DNA of 64,000 nt from contig JBIJDU010000003.1 of the NCBI GenBank assembly GCA_044343935.1, positions 5,365 to 69,364 on the forward strand, in the 5' to 3' direction. The number at the start of each line of letters is the position of its first letter. The stretch's first letter is position 1. Shown piece by piece: positions 49,456 to 59,755 of the stretch. Made by a program: the position numbers and the translations under genes. The notes below the pieces were generated by a model. The model ran no database searches and was not told the origin of the DNA. It worked only from the letters and a program-made list of their open reading frames with translations. This DNA comes from Candidatus Nanopelagicales bacterium. GTDB taxonomy: Bacteria > Actinomycetota > Actinomycetes > S36-B12 > UBA5976.

Positions 49456-50414
49456 TGCTGAACAGTCGAACCATCCAGCCAGCCACACTGCAAGAAGTGG
49501 GCGCAACTGAGGCTAGCCTAAAAGCATTTCTGCATGGATTACCTGGCGTTGATCAAGTTGGTGCTGATGCTCGAGCAGCGATGCTAGGCACAAGATCAAT
49601 AAAAACTTCGGCAAAAAATCAAGCCATTGATTTAGCAATCAGCATGATTGATTTAACAACACTAGAAGGTGCCGATACGCCAGGCAAAGTTCGCACGCTG
49701 TGTGCAAAGGCAAAACGGCCAGATGCGGAAGATCCAACAGTGCCAACTGTCGGTGCAGTTTGTGTCTATGGCGATTTAGCAAACATTGCCAAGCAGGAAT
49801 TGCAACATACCGATATCAAAGTTGCTGCAGTTGCTACTGCTTTTCCATCTGGCAGAGCCAGTTTAAAAGTGAAATTACTAGATACTCAAGAAGCAGTAGC
49901 TAATGGCGCTGATGAAATTGATATGGTGATTGACCGTGGCGCATTCCTAGCTGGGCGCTATTTAGATGTGTTTAATGAAATTGTTGCCGTAAAAGAAGTT
50001 TGTGGTGAAGCACATCTCAAAGTTATTCTAGAAACTGGCGAATTGAAAACCTATGACAATGTTAAGCGCGCTTCGTGGCTGGCCATGCTAGCTGGTGCAG
50101 ATTTTATTAAAACCTCAACTGGAAAAGTTCAGCCTGCTGCAACTCTGCCGGTAACGCTAGTGATGCTACAGACAATTCGCGACTTTGAAGCGATGACAAA
50201 CATAAAGGTTGGAATGAAGCCAGCGGGTGGAATTAAAACCACAAAAGATGCAATTAAATATTTAGTTCTAGTAAATGAGACACTAGGTGAAGCATGGCTC
50301 ACGCCAAAGTTATTTAGATTAGGAGCATCCAGCCTACTGAATGATTTGTTGATGCAGCGATATCGAATGAAAACTGGTCGTTATGCTGGTAATGATTATG
50401 TGACGGTTGACTAA
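49455..50414 (+). CDS. deoC: deoxyribose-phosphate aldolase (long actinobacterial form)
   Basis: Schiff-base region DFIKTSTGK. IDMVI. Start overlaps the rbsK stop (TAATG). Confidence 0.9.
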   Translation: MLNSRTIQPATLQEVGATEASLKAFLHGLPGVDQVGADARAAMLGTRSIKTSAKNQAIDLAISMIDLTTLEGADTPGKVRTLCAKAKRPDAEDPTVPTVGAVCVYGDLANIAKQELQHTDIKVAAVATAFPSGRASLKVKLLDTQEAVANGADEIDMVIDRGAFLAGRYLDVFNEIVAVKEVCGEAHLKVILETGELKTYDNVKRASWLAMLAGADFIKTSTGKVQPAATLPVTLVMLQTIRDFEAMTNIKVGMKPAGGIKTTKDAIKYLVLVNETLGEAWLTPKLFRLGASSLLNDLLMQRYRMKTGRYAGNDYVTVD

Positions 50415-50416
50415 TT

Positions 50417-51859
50417 ATGAAATTTGAATATTCGCCGGCACCAGAATCAACTGCCATAGTCAATATCAACTCAAGTTATGATCTATTTATTAATGGTGAA
50501 TTTGTGCCAAGTAGGACTGGTAAGAAATTCCAAACTATTAACCCTGCAACTGAAGCAGTGCTAGCTGAAATAACTGAAGCGTCTGATTTGGATGTCGATG
50601 CTGCGGTTTTAGCAGCCAGAAAAGCTTACAAAACATGGTCAAAATTAACTGGTACTGAGCGAGCGAAATATATCTATCGAATTGCTCGAATCATTCAAGA
50701 TCGGGCACGTGAAATTGCGGTGCTTGAAACATTAAACAACGGAAAGCCCATCCGCGAATCGCGCGATGTGGATATTCCGCTAGTTTCGGCTCACTTTTTT
50801 CACTATGCCGGTTGGGCAGATAAGTTGGAGTATGCCGGGATGGGGCCCAACCCAACTCCGCACGGGGTGGTTGGTCAGATAATCCCATGGAATTTTCCCA
50901 TGCTGATGTTGGCTTGGAAGATTGCGCCAGCACTTGCTGCTGGAAATACGGTGGTACTTAAGCCAGCTGAAACTACCTCCCTAACCGCGCTGTTGTTTGC
51001 TGAAATTTGCCAGCAAGCAGAGCTACCTGCTGGCGTTGTGAATATTGTGACTGGCGCAGGCGCAACTGGCCGAGCAATTGTTAATCACCCAGATATCAAC
51101 AAACTTGCTTTCACTGGATCAACTGAAGTTGGTCGGATGATTGCCCAAGCTGTAGCTGGCACAGCTAAGAAATTGACGTTGGAGTTAGGTGGCAAGGCTG
51201 CCAACATTGTGTTTGATGATGCCCCGATTGATCAAACTGTTGAAGGGATTGTCAACGGAATTTTCTTCAATCAAGGTCATGTTTGCTGTGCTGGCTCTCG
51301 ATTATTAGTACAAGAATCTATCCATGATGAACTGCTTGCACTGCTTTATCAGCGGCTAGATCGACTTCGAGTTGGTGACCCGCTCGATAAGAACACTGAC
51401 GTTGGCGCAATTAATTCAGCTGCCCAATTAGCAAAGATTCAAGAATTAGCTGCCAGCGGTGATGCGGAAGGGGCGCATCGATGGAGCGCATCATGCGAAT
51501 TGCCAGCAACTGGCTTTTGGTTCCCACCCACAGTATTTACCAATGTTTCACAATCACATCGAATTGCTCGAGAAGAAATTTTTGGGCCAGTGCTGAGTGT
51601 GCTAACTTTCCGCACCCCAGATGAAGCCATTTCAAAAGCAAATAACACGCCATATGGCTTAAGCGCTGGTATCTGGACTGAAAAGGGAAGCCGTATTTTG
51701 GAAGTTGCCAGCAAGCTTCGCGCCGGTGTGGTCTGGGCCAATACCTTTAATAAGTTTGATCCAACTAGCCCATTTGGTGGCTACAAGGAATCCGGCTATG
51801 GCCGTGAAGGTGGCCGGCATGGCTTAGAAGCATATTTAGTAGCGAGCAAAAATGACTAA
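50417..51859 (+). CDS. aldehyde dehydrogenase (full length)
   Basis: PWNFP, LELGGK, catalytic Cys CCAGSR and EEIFGPV. Confidence 0.92.
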   Translation: MKFEYSPAPESTAIVNINSSYDLFINGEFVPSRTGKKFQTINPATEAVLAEITEASDLDVDAAVLAARKAYKTWSKLTGTERAKYIYRIARIIQDRAREIAVLETLNNGKPIRESRDVDIPLVSAHFFHYAGWADKLEYAGMGPNPTPHGVVGQIIPWNFPMLMLAWKIAPALAAGNTVVLKPAETTSLTALLFAEICQQAELPAGVVNIVTGAGATGRAIVNHPDINKLAFTGSTEVGRMIAQAVAGTAKKLTLELGGKAANIVFDDAPIDQTVEGIVNGIFFNQGHVCCAGSRLLVQESIHDELLALLYQRLDRLRVGDPLDKNTDVGAINSAAQLAKIQELAASGDAEGAHRWSASCELPATGFWFPPTVFTNVSQSHRIAREEIFGPVLSVLTFRTPDEAISKANNTPYGLSAGIWTEKGSRILEVASKLRAGVVWANTFNKFDPTSPFGGYKESGYGREGGRHGLEAYLVASKND

Positions 51860-52688
51860 TCCAATTGAAGTTAAACGAACTGCCAAGTTATTTATCAATG
51901 GCGCATTTCCTCGCTCCGAATCAGGTCGTTCTTATCCGGTATCAGACGCAGCTGGCAACTTCATTGCCAATGTCGCTAATGCAACTAGAAAAGATGCTCG
52001 CGATGCGGTTGTTGCAGCAAGTGCAGCTCAGCCAAAATGGACTAGCGCCACCGCGTATAACCGGGGCCAGATTCTTTATCGAATCGCAGAGATGCTCCAA
52101 GGCCGTAGCGCTCAATTTGTTTCGGAATTAAAAGCCGCTGGAGTTAAGCATGCGGAAGCTGAAGTGAATCAAGCAATTGATCGAATCATCTGGTATTCCG
52201 GCTGGTCCGACAAATTAGCCATGACGCAAGGTAGTGCCAATCCAGTAGCTGGCCCATATTTCAACTTCTCGATTCCCGAGCCAACTGGGGTCATCGCAGT
52301 AATTATTAGCGAGCACCCCCCACTAATTTCGCTGGTTGATCAGATCTGTGCTGCAATTGTTAGTGGCAACACGGTAGTTGCGCTAGCGCAACAATCCGCA
52401 CCACTTGTTGCAGTTTCCTTTGCTGAAGTGCTGGCAACTTCTGATTTACCAGCGGGTGTAGTTAATTTACTAACTTGCGATTCAGATGAGATTGCAATTT
52501 GGCTTGCTTCCCACTTAGAAGTAGATGGCATTGATATAAGCGGTGTTACTGATATTGCCTTCAAGACTAAATTGGAAGCTGAAGCTGCAATTAATCTAAA
52601 GCGCGTACTGCGCGAATTCAAAGACGGTTATCAAGCGATGAAAACTTGGCTGGAGATTAAAACCGTTTGGCACCCACAGGGGTTCTAG
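51852..52688 (+). CDS. aldehyde-dehydrogenase-family protein lacking the catalytic domain
   Basis: 278 aa. It aligns with the ALDH NAD-binding domain up to the position of LELGGK (here NLKRVLREFKDG). It then jumps to an ALDH-like C-terminal tail (LEIKTVW). There is no catalytic Cys and no EEIFGP motif. It overlaps the upstream ALDH by 8 nt. Confidence 0.72.
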   Translation: MTNPIEVKRTAKLFINGAFPRSESGRSYPVSDAAGNFIANVANATRKDARDAVVAASAAQPKWTSATAYNRGQILYRIAEMLQGRSAQFVSELKAAGVKHAEAEVNQAIDRIIWYSGWSDKLAMTQGSANPVAGPYFNFSIPEPTGVIAVIISEHPPLISLVDQICAAIVSGNTVVALAQQSAPLVAVSFAEVLATSDLPAGVVNLLTCDSDEIAIWLASHLEVDGIDISGVTDIAFKTKLEAEAAINLKRVLREFKDGYQAMKTWLEIKTVWHPQGF

Positions 52689-53773
52689 CTAAATTTTGCT
52701 ATTGCTGCTGCATAGCCTGGTTTTACTATCTCATTAATGATTGCCAGCCGTTGATCAAATGGAATAAAGGCACTTTTCATTGCATTAATGGTGAGCCAGC
52801 GCAGCTGTTCCAGCGTGAAGCCAGCCTGGGTATGTAATAGATACATCTCATTTGTCATGGAGGTTTGCGACATAAGTCGATTATCAGTATTCACGGTAGC
52901 GCGAAAACCTAATTTGGTCAGCGTGGTGATTGGATGCTCGGCAATACTTTTTGCAGCACCAGTATGAACATTTGACACTGGACATAATTCCAGCGGCACC
53001 CGGCGATCTCTGACGTAATGTGCCAATTCACCTAACTCAAAACTGCCATCAGGTAAGGTCTTGATGTCATCGATGATTCGAACACCATGCCCTAATCGAT
53101 CCGCACCACAAACCTGAACCGCTTCCCAGATCGATGGCAAGCCAAACGCTTCGCCAGCATGAATGGTCATATGAAAGTTAGCCCGGTGAATCTCATCGAA
53201 GGCATCAAGATGTCTGGCTGGTGGATATCCCGCTTCTTTGCCGGCAATATCAAATCCAACAACACCTTTACTGCGCCATCTAATGGCTAACTGGGCAATC
53301 TCCGTTGATCGAGCCGCCGTACGCATTGCAGTTAGCAAGGTGCGCATCACAATTGGTTTGCCGGCTTGGCCCATATCTTTTTCGCCTCTAGCAAAACCGG
53401 TAACAACCGCCTCAACAATTTCATCCAGCGATAAACCTTTTAACTGGTGTAGTTCTGGGGCAAATCTAATTTCGGCATAAACCACTCCATCATTGGCATG
53501 ATCCACCGCACATTCATAGGCAACTTGTTCAATTGAAGCAAAACTTTGCATCACGCCAACTGTGTGTTGGAAAGTTTCTAAATAAGTTTCTAGCGACCCA
53601 GAGTCGCAGGCATCTTTAATCGATTTTGCTAACTCAACTGGATCGGTAGTTGGCAGTCCTTGATAGCCCTCAACTTTGGCTAGTTCAGCCACCGTCTGGG
53701 GGCGAAGTCCCCCATCGAGATGGTCATGCAGCACTGCCTTAGGCAGGGTCTTGATCTGATCAAAAGTAAGCAT
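52685..53773 (-). CDS. add: adenosine deaminase
   Basis: Start refined to ATG 53773 (MLTFDQIKTLPKAVLHDHLDG). HAGE and VNTDN motifs. Confidence 0.93.
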   Translation of the reverse strand: MLTFDQIKTLPKAVLHDHLDGGLRPQTVAELAKVEGYQGLPTTDPVELAKSIKDACDSGSLETYLETFQHTVGVMQSFASIEQVAYECAVDHANDGVVYAEIRFAPELHQLKGLSLDEIVEAVVTGFARGEKDMGQAGKPIVMRTLLTAMRTAARSTEIAQLAIRWRSKGVVGFDIAGKEAGYPPARHLDAFDEIHRANFHMTIHAGEAFGLPSIWEAVQVCGADRLGHGVRIIDDIKTLPDGSFELGELAHYVRDRRVPLELCPVSNVHTGAAKSIAEHPITTLTKLGFRATVNTDNRLMSQTSMTNEMYLLHTQAGFTLEQLRWLTINAMKSAFIPFDQRLAIINEIVKPGYAAAIAKFS

Positions 53774-53926
53774 CTTGCCCCTATCTAAGCCGATGAAACA
53801 TTGAATTAACACGCCGCCCACCCGCTCAACGCGCAAGTAACCTACAAAAAGTCCTAGGCTCGCGCCAAACCGGGCTTCCCCGCCCCTTCTCCGGTTTCCA
53901 TCTAACGAGAAGTCCCAGGAGGACCC

Positions 53927-55363
53927 GTGCTGGAAAGCGTGTTCAAATTAAAACAACGAGGAACCACCGTCGGAACTGAAATACGCGGCGGCCTCGTTAC
54001 GTTCTTAACGATGGCTTACATCATCGTACTAAATCCGCTGATCTTGGGTTACACCCCAGATATCAACGGTCAGTACTTAGCTGGTGGTGAAGCACCAAAC
54101 TTGCCAATGATTGCTGCCGCAACCGCATTAGTTGCTGGCGTGCTAACCATTTTGATGGGAGCTGTGGCTAACTTTCCGTTAGCTCTAGCAACTGGATTGG
54201 GCATCAATGCCTTCGTGGCTCGAATCGCTGCAAACTACATGTCCTGGAACGAAGTGATGGGACTTGTCGTACTAGAAGGTTTGATCATTACGGTATTAGT
54301 CCTAACTGGATTCCGAGTTGCGGTTTTCAAGGCAATCCCACGACAGTTAAAAGTTGCTATCTCTGTTGGTATTGGATTGTTTATCGCACTAATTGGACTA
54401 GTTGATGCTGGCTTTGTGCGTTGGACGCAATCTGCCGTGCCACCGTTAACCCTTGGCGTTGGCGATAAATTAGTTGGTTGGCCAGTAGTTGTATTCATTC
54501 TTGGTGTACTAACTATTTCAGTGCTTTATGCTCGAAAAGTGCGCGGTGCCATCTTGATCGGTGTTGTTGGTGCCACCGTGCTGGCTGTAATTTTGGAAGC
54601 CGCATACAACATTGGTCCAGCATTTATTTCGCCGGAAGAAAACAATCCAAGTGGTTGGGGTCTTAATGTGCCATCAATTCCAGATTCATTTGTTGCCACT
54701 CCCGATTTTGGCCTACTAGGACAATTTGATCTGCTTGGTGGTTTTGCTACCGCTGGCATCTTGACTGCTGGCTTGTTGGTGTTCTCGCTGCTCATTACTG
54801 ACTTCTTTGACACCATGGGAACCATGACCGCAATTAGTGCTGAAGCGGGCTTAACTGACAATAATGGCAATATTCCAAGTGCAGACCGAATCTTGCTAGT
54901 TGACTCACTTGCCGCCGTTGCTGGCGGTGCTGCTGGTGTTTCATCAAACACCTCTTACATCGAATCAGCTTCTGGTGTTGGTGAAGGTGCTCGAACTGGA
55001 TTGGCATCAGTTGTAACTGGTGTCGCATTCCTACTTGCAACTTTCCTATCCCCCCTAGTTGCGTTAGTGCCATACGAAGCCGCAACACCGGCTTTGATTG
55101 TGGTTGGCTTCTTGATGATGACACAGATCAAAGATATTGATTGGACTGATGTCACTATTGCACTACCAGCATTCTTGACCATCATCTTGATGCCATTTAC
55201 CTACTCGATCGCAGTTGGTATTGGTGCTGGTTTCGTAACTCACGTAATTTTGAAGGCATTCACTGGTAAGGCAAAGGACATCCACCCAATGATGTGGGTT
55301 GCTGCTGGTGCATTCTTCATTTACTTTGCGAAGTACCCAATTGAAATCCTATTTGGGATCTAG
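53927..55363 (+). CDS. NCS2/AzgA-family purine (adenine/guanine/hypoxanthine) permease
   Basis: GTG start with AGGAGG upstream. 478 aa, polytopic. N-terminal LKQRGTTVGTEIRGGLVTFLTMAYI is typical of the AzgA/PbuG type. Confidence 0.88.
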   Translation: MLESVFKLKQRGTTVGTEIRGGLVTFLTMAYIIVLNPLILGYTPDINGQYLAGGEAPNLPMIAAATALVAGVLTILMGAVANFPLALATGLGINAFVARIAANYMSWNEVMGLVVLEGLIITVLVLTGFRVAVFKAIPRQLKVAISVGIGLFIALIGLVDAGFVRWTQSAVPPLTLGVGDKLVGWPVVVFILGVLTISVLYARKVRGAILIGVVGATVLAVILEAAYNIGPAFISPEENNPSGWGLNVPSIPDSFVATPDFGLLGQFDLLGGFATAGILTAGLLVFSLLITDFFDTMGTMTAISAEAGLTDNNGNIPSADRILLVDSLAAVAGGAAGVSSNTSYIESASGVGEGARTGLASVVTGVAFLLATFLSPLVALVPYEAATPALIVVGFLMMTQIKDIDWTDVTIALPAFLTIILMPFTYSIAVGIGAGFVTHVILKAFTGKAKDIHPMMWVAAGAFFIYFAKYPIEILFGI

Positions 55364-55371
55364 TTCGCTTT

Positions 55372-55413
55372 AAAAATAGCCGGTGCAACATTTGCGTTGC
55401 ACCGGCTATTTTT
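55372..55413. terminator. bidirectional rho-independent terminator
   Basis: Perfect 18-bp stem AAAAATAGCCGGTGCAAC-ATTTGC-GTTGCACCGGCTATTTTT between the convergent permease and cupin genes. Confidence 0.85.
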
Positions 55414-55765
55414 ATTCTTCTCGATTTACTAAATCAGGCGAAAATGCTGGCAAACAAATTGCAACGTATTCAGTTTCAACATCTAAGGTGGAATAGCGAA
55501 TACGCTCACCCGCTTTTGTGATGATGGCTTGGCCGGCAGTGATAATGGTGATGCCACGTTCATGCTCTAATTGGACTTTGCCGCGCAACACTAAAGTGAT
55601 TTCATCAAACTCTGGCGTCTGAAACGGTTCAGTCCAATTCGGTGGTGCCACCATTTTGGCAACTGACAGATCTGAATTGCCAGAATTTACGGCACCGACA
55701 AATTCCAAAATCTCTTTGCCGCCCGGCACTTCAATTGCAGTTGGTGCTGAAATTAGTTTTGGCAC
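55412..55765 (-). CDS. cupin-domain protein
   Basis: 117 aa small beta-barrel-like sequence. It immediately follows deoA (stop and start adjacent). Weak call from size and pattern. Confidence 0.6.
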   Translation of the reverse strand: MPKLISAPTAIEVPGGKEILEFVGAVNSGNSDLSVAKMVAPPNWTEPFQTPEFDEITLVLRGKVQLEHERGITIITAGQAIITKAGERIRYSTLDVETEYVAICLPAFSPDLVNREE

Positions 55766-57055
55766 TTATGCTCCTACTCGACCTAAGATCAAATCTGGTT
55801 TAGTCACATTTTGACTATCAGAAATCTCAATTGCATCACTGAGCGCTGAGATTGCTAATTCGAATCTTGCTTCGTCATCACTATGCAGATTTATCATTGT
55901 TGCGCCAGCTGATATCGCCGCTCCCAACTCAATCTCCCAGGTAACTCCGGCTGCTGCCTGCACCGCATCTTCCTTTCGGCTTCGGCCAGCACCAAGTCGC
56001 CAAGCGGCGATGCCCACCGCTAACGCATCAAATTTAGAAACTACGCCTGTTTTTGATGCAGTTATTTGATGAGTGAATTTTGCCCTGGCTAGTGGTTTAG
56101 TTAAGTCGCCATGCTGCGCCTTGATCATGGCTTCCCATTTTGCCATCGCTTTGCCATTTTTGAGATTTTCTACTGGGTTTATGCCAGTAATGCCAACTAA
56201 CTGCAGCATTTCCGATGCCAGCTCAACCGTTAACGCCACCACGTCAGCTGGACCGCCGCCGTTGAGTACTTCAATTGCTTGGTTTACCTCAAGAGCATTG
56301 CCAGCTGCTTGCCCTAACGGCTGTGCCATGTTGGTCAGCAGCGCCTTGGTTTTAACCCCAGCAGCATTCCCAATCTCAACCATAGTTTTCGCAAGTTCGG
56401 TTGCCTGATCTAAAGTTTTCATAAAGGCACCTGAGCCCACTTTGACATCTAACACCAGCGCAGAAGTTCCTTCTGCAATTTTTTTGCTCATAATTGATGA
56501 GGCAATCAGCGGGATAGCTGGCACTGTGCCAGTGACATCGCGAAGCGCATATAGTTTTTTATCTGCTGGTGCTAAGCCAGCGCCAGCCGCACAAATAACT
56601 GCGCCAACTTGTTGCAGCACCGCCAGCATCTGCGCATTTGTCAGATTTGCTTGCCAACCTGGAATTGATTCCAATTTATCAAGCGTGCCACCAGTATGGC
56701 CAAGACCGCGGCCAGATAGCTGTGGCACGGCGGCACCATATGATGCAACTAATGGCGCTAGTGGCAGCGTGATCATGTCGCCCACGCCGCCAGTTGAATG
56801 CTTATCGACAGTGGGCAGCGCCAAACTGGAAAAATCCAACCGCTCGCCACTGTTGATCATGGCCTGGGTCCAGTCCACTATTTCGCGCATCTGCATGCCA
56901 TTTAACAAAATTGCCATCGCCATTGCGGACATCTGCTCATCGGCCACTACACCTCGGACATAAGCATCGATCATCCAATTTATTTCAGCGGTGGATAGTT
57001 GACCAAAATCGCGTTTAGTTGCGATTAAATCAACCGCGGAAAATGGTTCAATCAT
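55766..57055 (-). CDS. deoA: thymidine (pyrimidine-nucleoside) phosphorylase
   Basis: DKHSTGGVGD, SGRGLGHTGGTLDKLE. Confidence 0.93.
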   Translation of the reverse strand: MIEPFSAVDLIATKRDFGQLSTAEINWMIDAYVRGVVADEQMSAMAMAILLNGMQMREIVDWTQAMINSGERLDFSSLALPTVDKHSTGGVGDMITLPLAPLVASYGAAVPQLSGRGLGHTGGTLDKLESIPGWQANLTNAQMLAVLQQVGAVICAAGAGLAPADKKLYALRDVTGTVPAIPLIASSIMSKKIAEGTSALVLDVKVGSGAFMKTLDQATELAKTMVEIGNAAGVKTKALLTNMAQPLGQAAGNALEVNQAIEVLNGGGPADVVALTVELASEMLQLVGITGINPVENLKNGKAMAKWEAMIKAQHGDLTKPLARAKFTHQITASKTGVVSKFDALAVGIAAWRLGAGRSRKEDAVQAAAGVTWEIELGAAISAGATMINLHSDDEARFELAISALSDAIEISDSQNVTKPDLILGRVGA

Positions 57056-57456
57056 GAAGTGCTACGGGTTGCTAAATCATCTGGGCCAAAAGCATCTGGC
57101 AGCAGTGTGGCAAATGCAATTGGTCCGTTGCTGGTCATGAGTTGTAGCGTTCGACCGCCATGTTCCCATAACAATTGTCGGCATCTGCCGCATGGTGCAA
57201 CTGGTTGCCCATCGCTGGCAACTACAACTAGTGCTGCCAACGTGCCGCCGCCCTGTCGTGCCAAATCGCTGACTAAGCCGCACTCGGCACACAATCCAAG
57301 ACCGTAAGAAGCATTCTCCACATTACAACCAGTAATCAATCTGCCATCGGTGGTCATTGCAGCCGCGCCAACTGGGAATTTGGAATATGGGCAGTAAGCA
57401 AACGCAAGCATCTTTCGTGCTTCATCCCAAAGCAAATCCCAATTTATTTCGCTCAT
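57052..57456 (-). CDS. cdd: cytidine deaminase
   Basis: Zinc motifs CAECG and PCGRCRQ. 134 aa. Confidence 0.93.
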   Translation of the reverse strand: MSEINWDLLWDEARKMLAFAYCPYSKFPVGAAAMTTDGRLITGCNVENASYGLGLCAECGLVSDLARQGGGTLAALVVVASDGQPVAPCGRCRQLLWEHGGRTLQLMTSNGPIAFATLLPDAFGPDDLATRSTS

Positions 57457-58694
57457 TTACTCTCACCTTTGCGATACGGAATGCCATCTGCTGCTGGTGG
57501 TCGCAATCGCTGTGAGGCAAATGCCAGCACTAACAAAGTAGCTAAGTAAGGCGCTACCAGCGCAACTTCACGAGGAAGTTGCGTGGTAACTAAGAACCAA
57601 CTTATTAAGGCCGCTGAGATAACACCTAACGCAAACATAGTTTGATAACGCTTGGCTCGAAGCGCGAAAATGGCTAACGCAAATAGCACTAACGCACCAA
57701 GTAATACCACCGCACGCATCGCGGTGCCGTTGGCGTCACGCAGCTGCAGCGCATCGATATAACCAAATACTGCCGCACCCATTGCGGTGCCACCTGGTCG
57801 CCAGTTGCCAAAGATCATGGTGGCAAGACCAATAAAGCCGCGACCACCAGTTTGACCTTCTCGATATACCCCACTTGCCGCAATCGCTAAAAATGCACCA
57901 CCAAGGGCAGCAAGTACACCAGATGTTAATACGCCAATATATTTATACAAATAAACATTGACACCTAATGAATCAGCAGCATGTGGATTTTCACCCACAG
58001 ATCGAAGACGCAAGCCAAACGGAGTTCGCCATAAAATATAACTCGTTGCAATAAATAATCCGGCCGCCAACACCGTCAGAATCGATAATCTGAAGAAAAC
58101 ACCGGAGATAAATCCAGCTATTTCAGAAATCATGAAATAGCCGTCACGGTGAATATCAACTAACGGATCAGATAACGAATCTAAGGTGAATGTTGGAAGT
58201 GGTTCAATTGATGGTGATTGCGTAGGTCCACCGCCTGGCAAATTTGCGAATGTGATTTTGGCAAAGAACTGAGCAAATCCCAGTCCCAAAATATTCATCG
58301 CAGTACCGGCGATAATTTGATCAACACCAAACGTAATTGTTGCTAACGCAAATATTGCCGCACCAGCTAAGCCAAATCCAATGGCACCAAGCAAGCCAAC
58401 CCAAGGGCCATATTGATAACCGAGCCAGCCGGCACCAAATGTACCCAGAATCATCATTCCCTCAAGTCCAATATTCACCACACCAGCGCGCTCTGCCCAC
58501 AGGCCGCCTAATCCGGCTAAGCCAATTGGCACGGCTAGGCCGAGTGCCGCGGAGATAGTGCCGCGACTGGTTAGATCCAAGACATCAGCCCAGATCCGCA
58601 CCAGCGAAAGCGTTGCTAATATCGAAATCGCAATCACAAAGAACTTAACTTTTTTAGATGCGGTGCTGCGCCACACCATTAATGCTGCAGTCAT
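57453..58694 (-). CDS. nucleoside (BMP-type) ABC transporter permease
   Basis: 413 aa polytopic protein. Second permease of a BMP lipoprotein / two-NBD ATPase / two-permease operon. Confidence 0.88.
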   Translation of the reverse strand: MTAALMVWRSTASKKVKFFVIAISILATLSLVRIWADVLDLTSRGTISAALGLAVPIGLAGLGGLWAERAGVVNIGLEGMMILGTFGAGWLGYQYGPWVGLLGAIGFGLAGAAIFALATITFGVDQIIAGTAMNILGLGFAQFFAKITFANLPGGGPTQSPSIEPLPTFTLDSLSDPLVDIHRDGYFMISEIAGFISGVFFRLSILTVLAAGLFIATSYILWRTPFGLRLRSVGENPHAADSLGVNVYLYKYIGVLTSGVLAALGGAFLAIAASGVYREGQTGGRGFIGLATMIFGNWRPGGTAMGAAVFGYIDALQLRDANGTAMRAVVLLGALVLFALAIFALRAKRYQTMFALGVISAALISWFLVTTQLPREVALVAPYLATLLVLAFASQRLRPPAADGIPYRKGESK

Positions 58695-59755
58695 TAATGG
58701 CCCGCCGATCCAACCGCAGCTTGCTGCCGTTTTATCTTGATGCGTCGAGTTACTTCATAGGCAATAACTACGCTTAACACAATGACACCTTGCATAATCA
58801 CAATAATTTCACGTGGCACACCAGTTAGATCCAATATCTGCGCACTGACATCCAAGAACGCCCAAAGTAATGCGCCAAATGCAATACCAACCGGATGGTT
58901 TCTCCCTAACAGCGCAATTGCAATTCCAGTAAAGCCATAGTTGCCTGGGAAATTAACGGTAAAGGTGTATTGCGCACCAAGCAGTAATGGTAAACCAACC
59001 AGACCAGCCACTGCACCAGAAAGCAGCATGGCATAAACCGTCATTCGCTTTACGTTTACTCCGCTTGCTACTGCTGCAGTTGGTGACATCCCAACGGCGC
59101 GTAGATCAAAGCCAAATCGAGTTCGGTTCAAGATGTACCAATAACTTACGCCAAGCGCTACCGCGAGGAAGAACATGCCATAGACGGGAATTGGTGCTGA
59201 GGGCAAGGTAAAGCCTGGAATGCGATTCCCTTCTGAAATTATTGGTGTACCTATTACATTTTCAGCTGTTTGAACACCTAATACTGTTGGCGCCATCAGA
59301 TAAGCAATAAGTCCAATTGCGATGAAGTTCAACATAATCGTTGAGATAACTTCACTTACTCCGCGCACTACTTTTAGCCAAGCAGCAATGCCTGCCCAAG
59401 CAGCACCAACTAGCATCGAAATAAAGATAATGATCGGAATTCCCAAGTAACCAGGGAACGTGACATACCCCGCAACCAAAGCGGCAACTGCAGTAGCCAA
59501 TCTATACTGGCCGTTCACACCAATGTTGAACAGGTTCATTTTAAAACCAATTGCTACCGCAACCGCGCTGAAATAATAAGTAGTAGCACTGTTAAGGATC
59601 AGCGTCATACTTCGTGGGGTGGTGGCATAATCAAACATTCGCAAAAATGTGGAGATCGGATTTGCGCCAAATGCCAACAAAATTAACGACGCGAAAATTA
59701 CTGAAAACATCACTGCAAAAAGTGGCGCAAGTAAGGTATCAAGTCGCTTAATCAT
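58694..59755 (-). CDS. nucleoside (BMP-type) ABC transporter permease
   Basis: 353 aa polytopic protein. It overlaps the ATPase gene by 4 nt. Confidence 0.88.
   Translation of the reverse strand: MIKRLDTLLAPLFAVMFSVIFASLILLAFGANPISTFLRMFDYATTPRSMTLILNSATTYYFSAVAVAIGFKMNLFNIGVNGQYRLATAVAALVAGYVTFPGYLGIPIIIFISMLVGAAWAGIAAWLKVVRGVSEVISTIMLNFIAIGLIAYLMAPTVLGVQTAENVIGTPIISEGNRIPGFTLPSAPIPVYGMFFLAVALGVSYWYILNRTRFGFDLRAVGMSPTAAVASGVNVKRMTVYAMLLSGAVAGLVGLPLLLGAQYTFTVNFPGNYGFTGIAIALLGRNHPVGIAFGALLWAFLDVSAQILDLTGVPREIIVIMQGVIVLSVVIAYEVTRRIKIKRQQAAVGSAGH

Noticed and set aside
53774-53926. Possible purine/xanthine riboswitch upstream of the NCS2 purine permease
   Set aside because: I could not find the purine-riboswitch core (conserved loop-loop and junction sequences). 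I saw only a simple AAACCGG...CCGGTTT hairpin. A covariance-model scan is needed before any call.
56073-56963. Two + strand ORFs (111 and 173 aa) inside deoA
   Set aside because: They are antisense shadows of a confidently identified thymidine phosphorylase. They have no motifs and low-complexity Ala/Ser/Pro composition.
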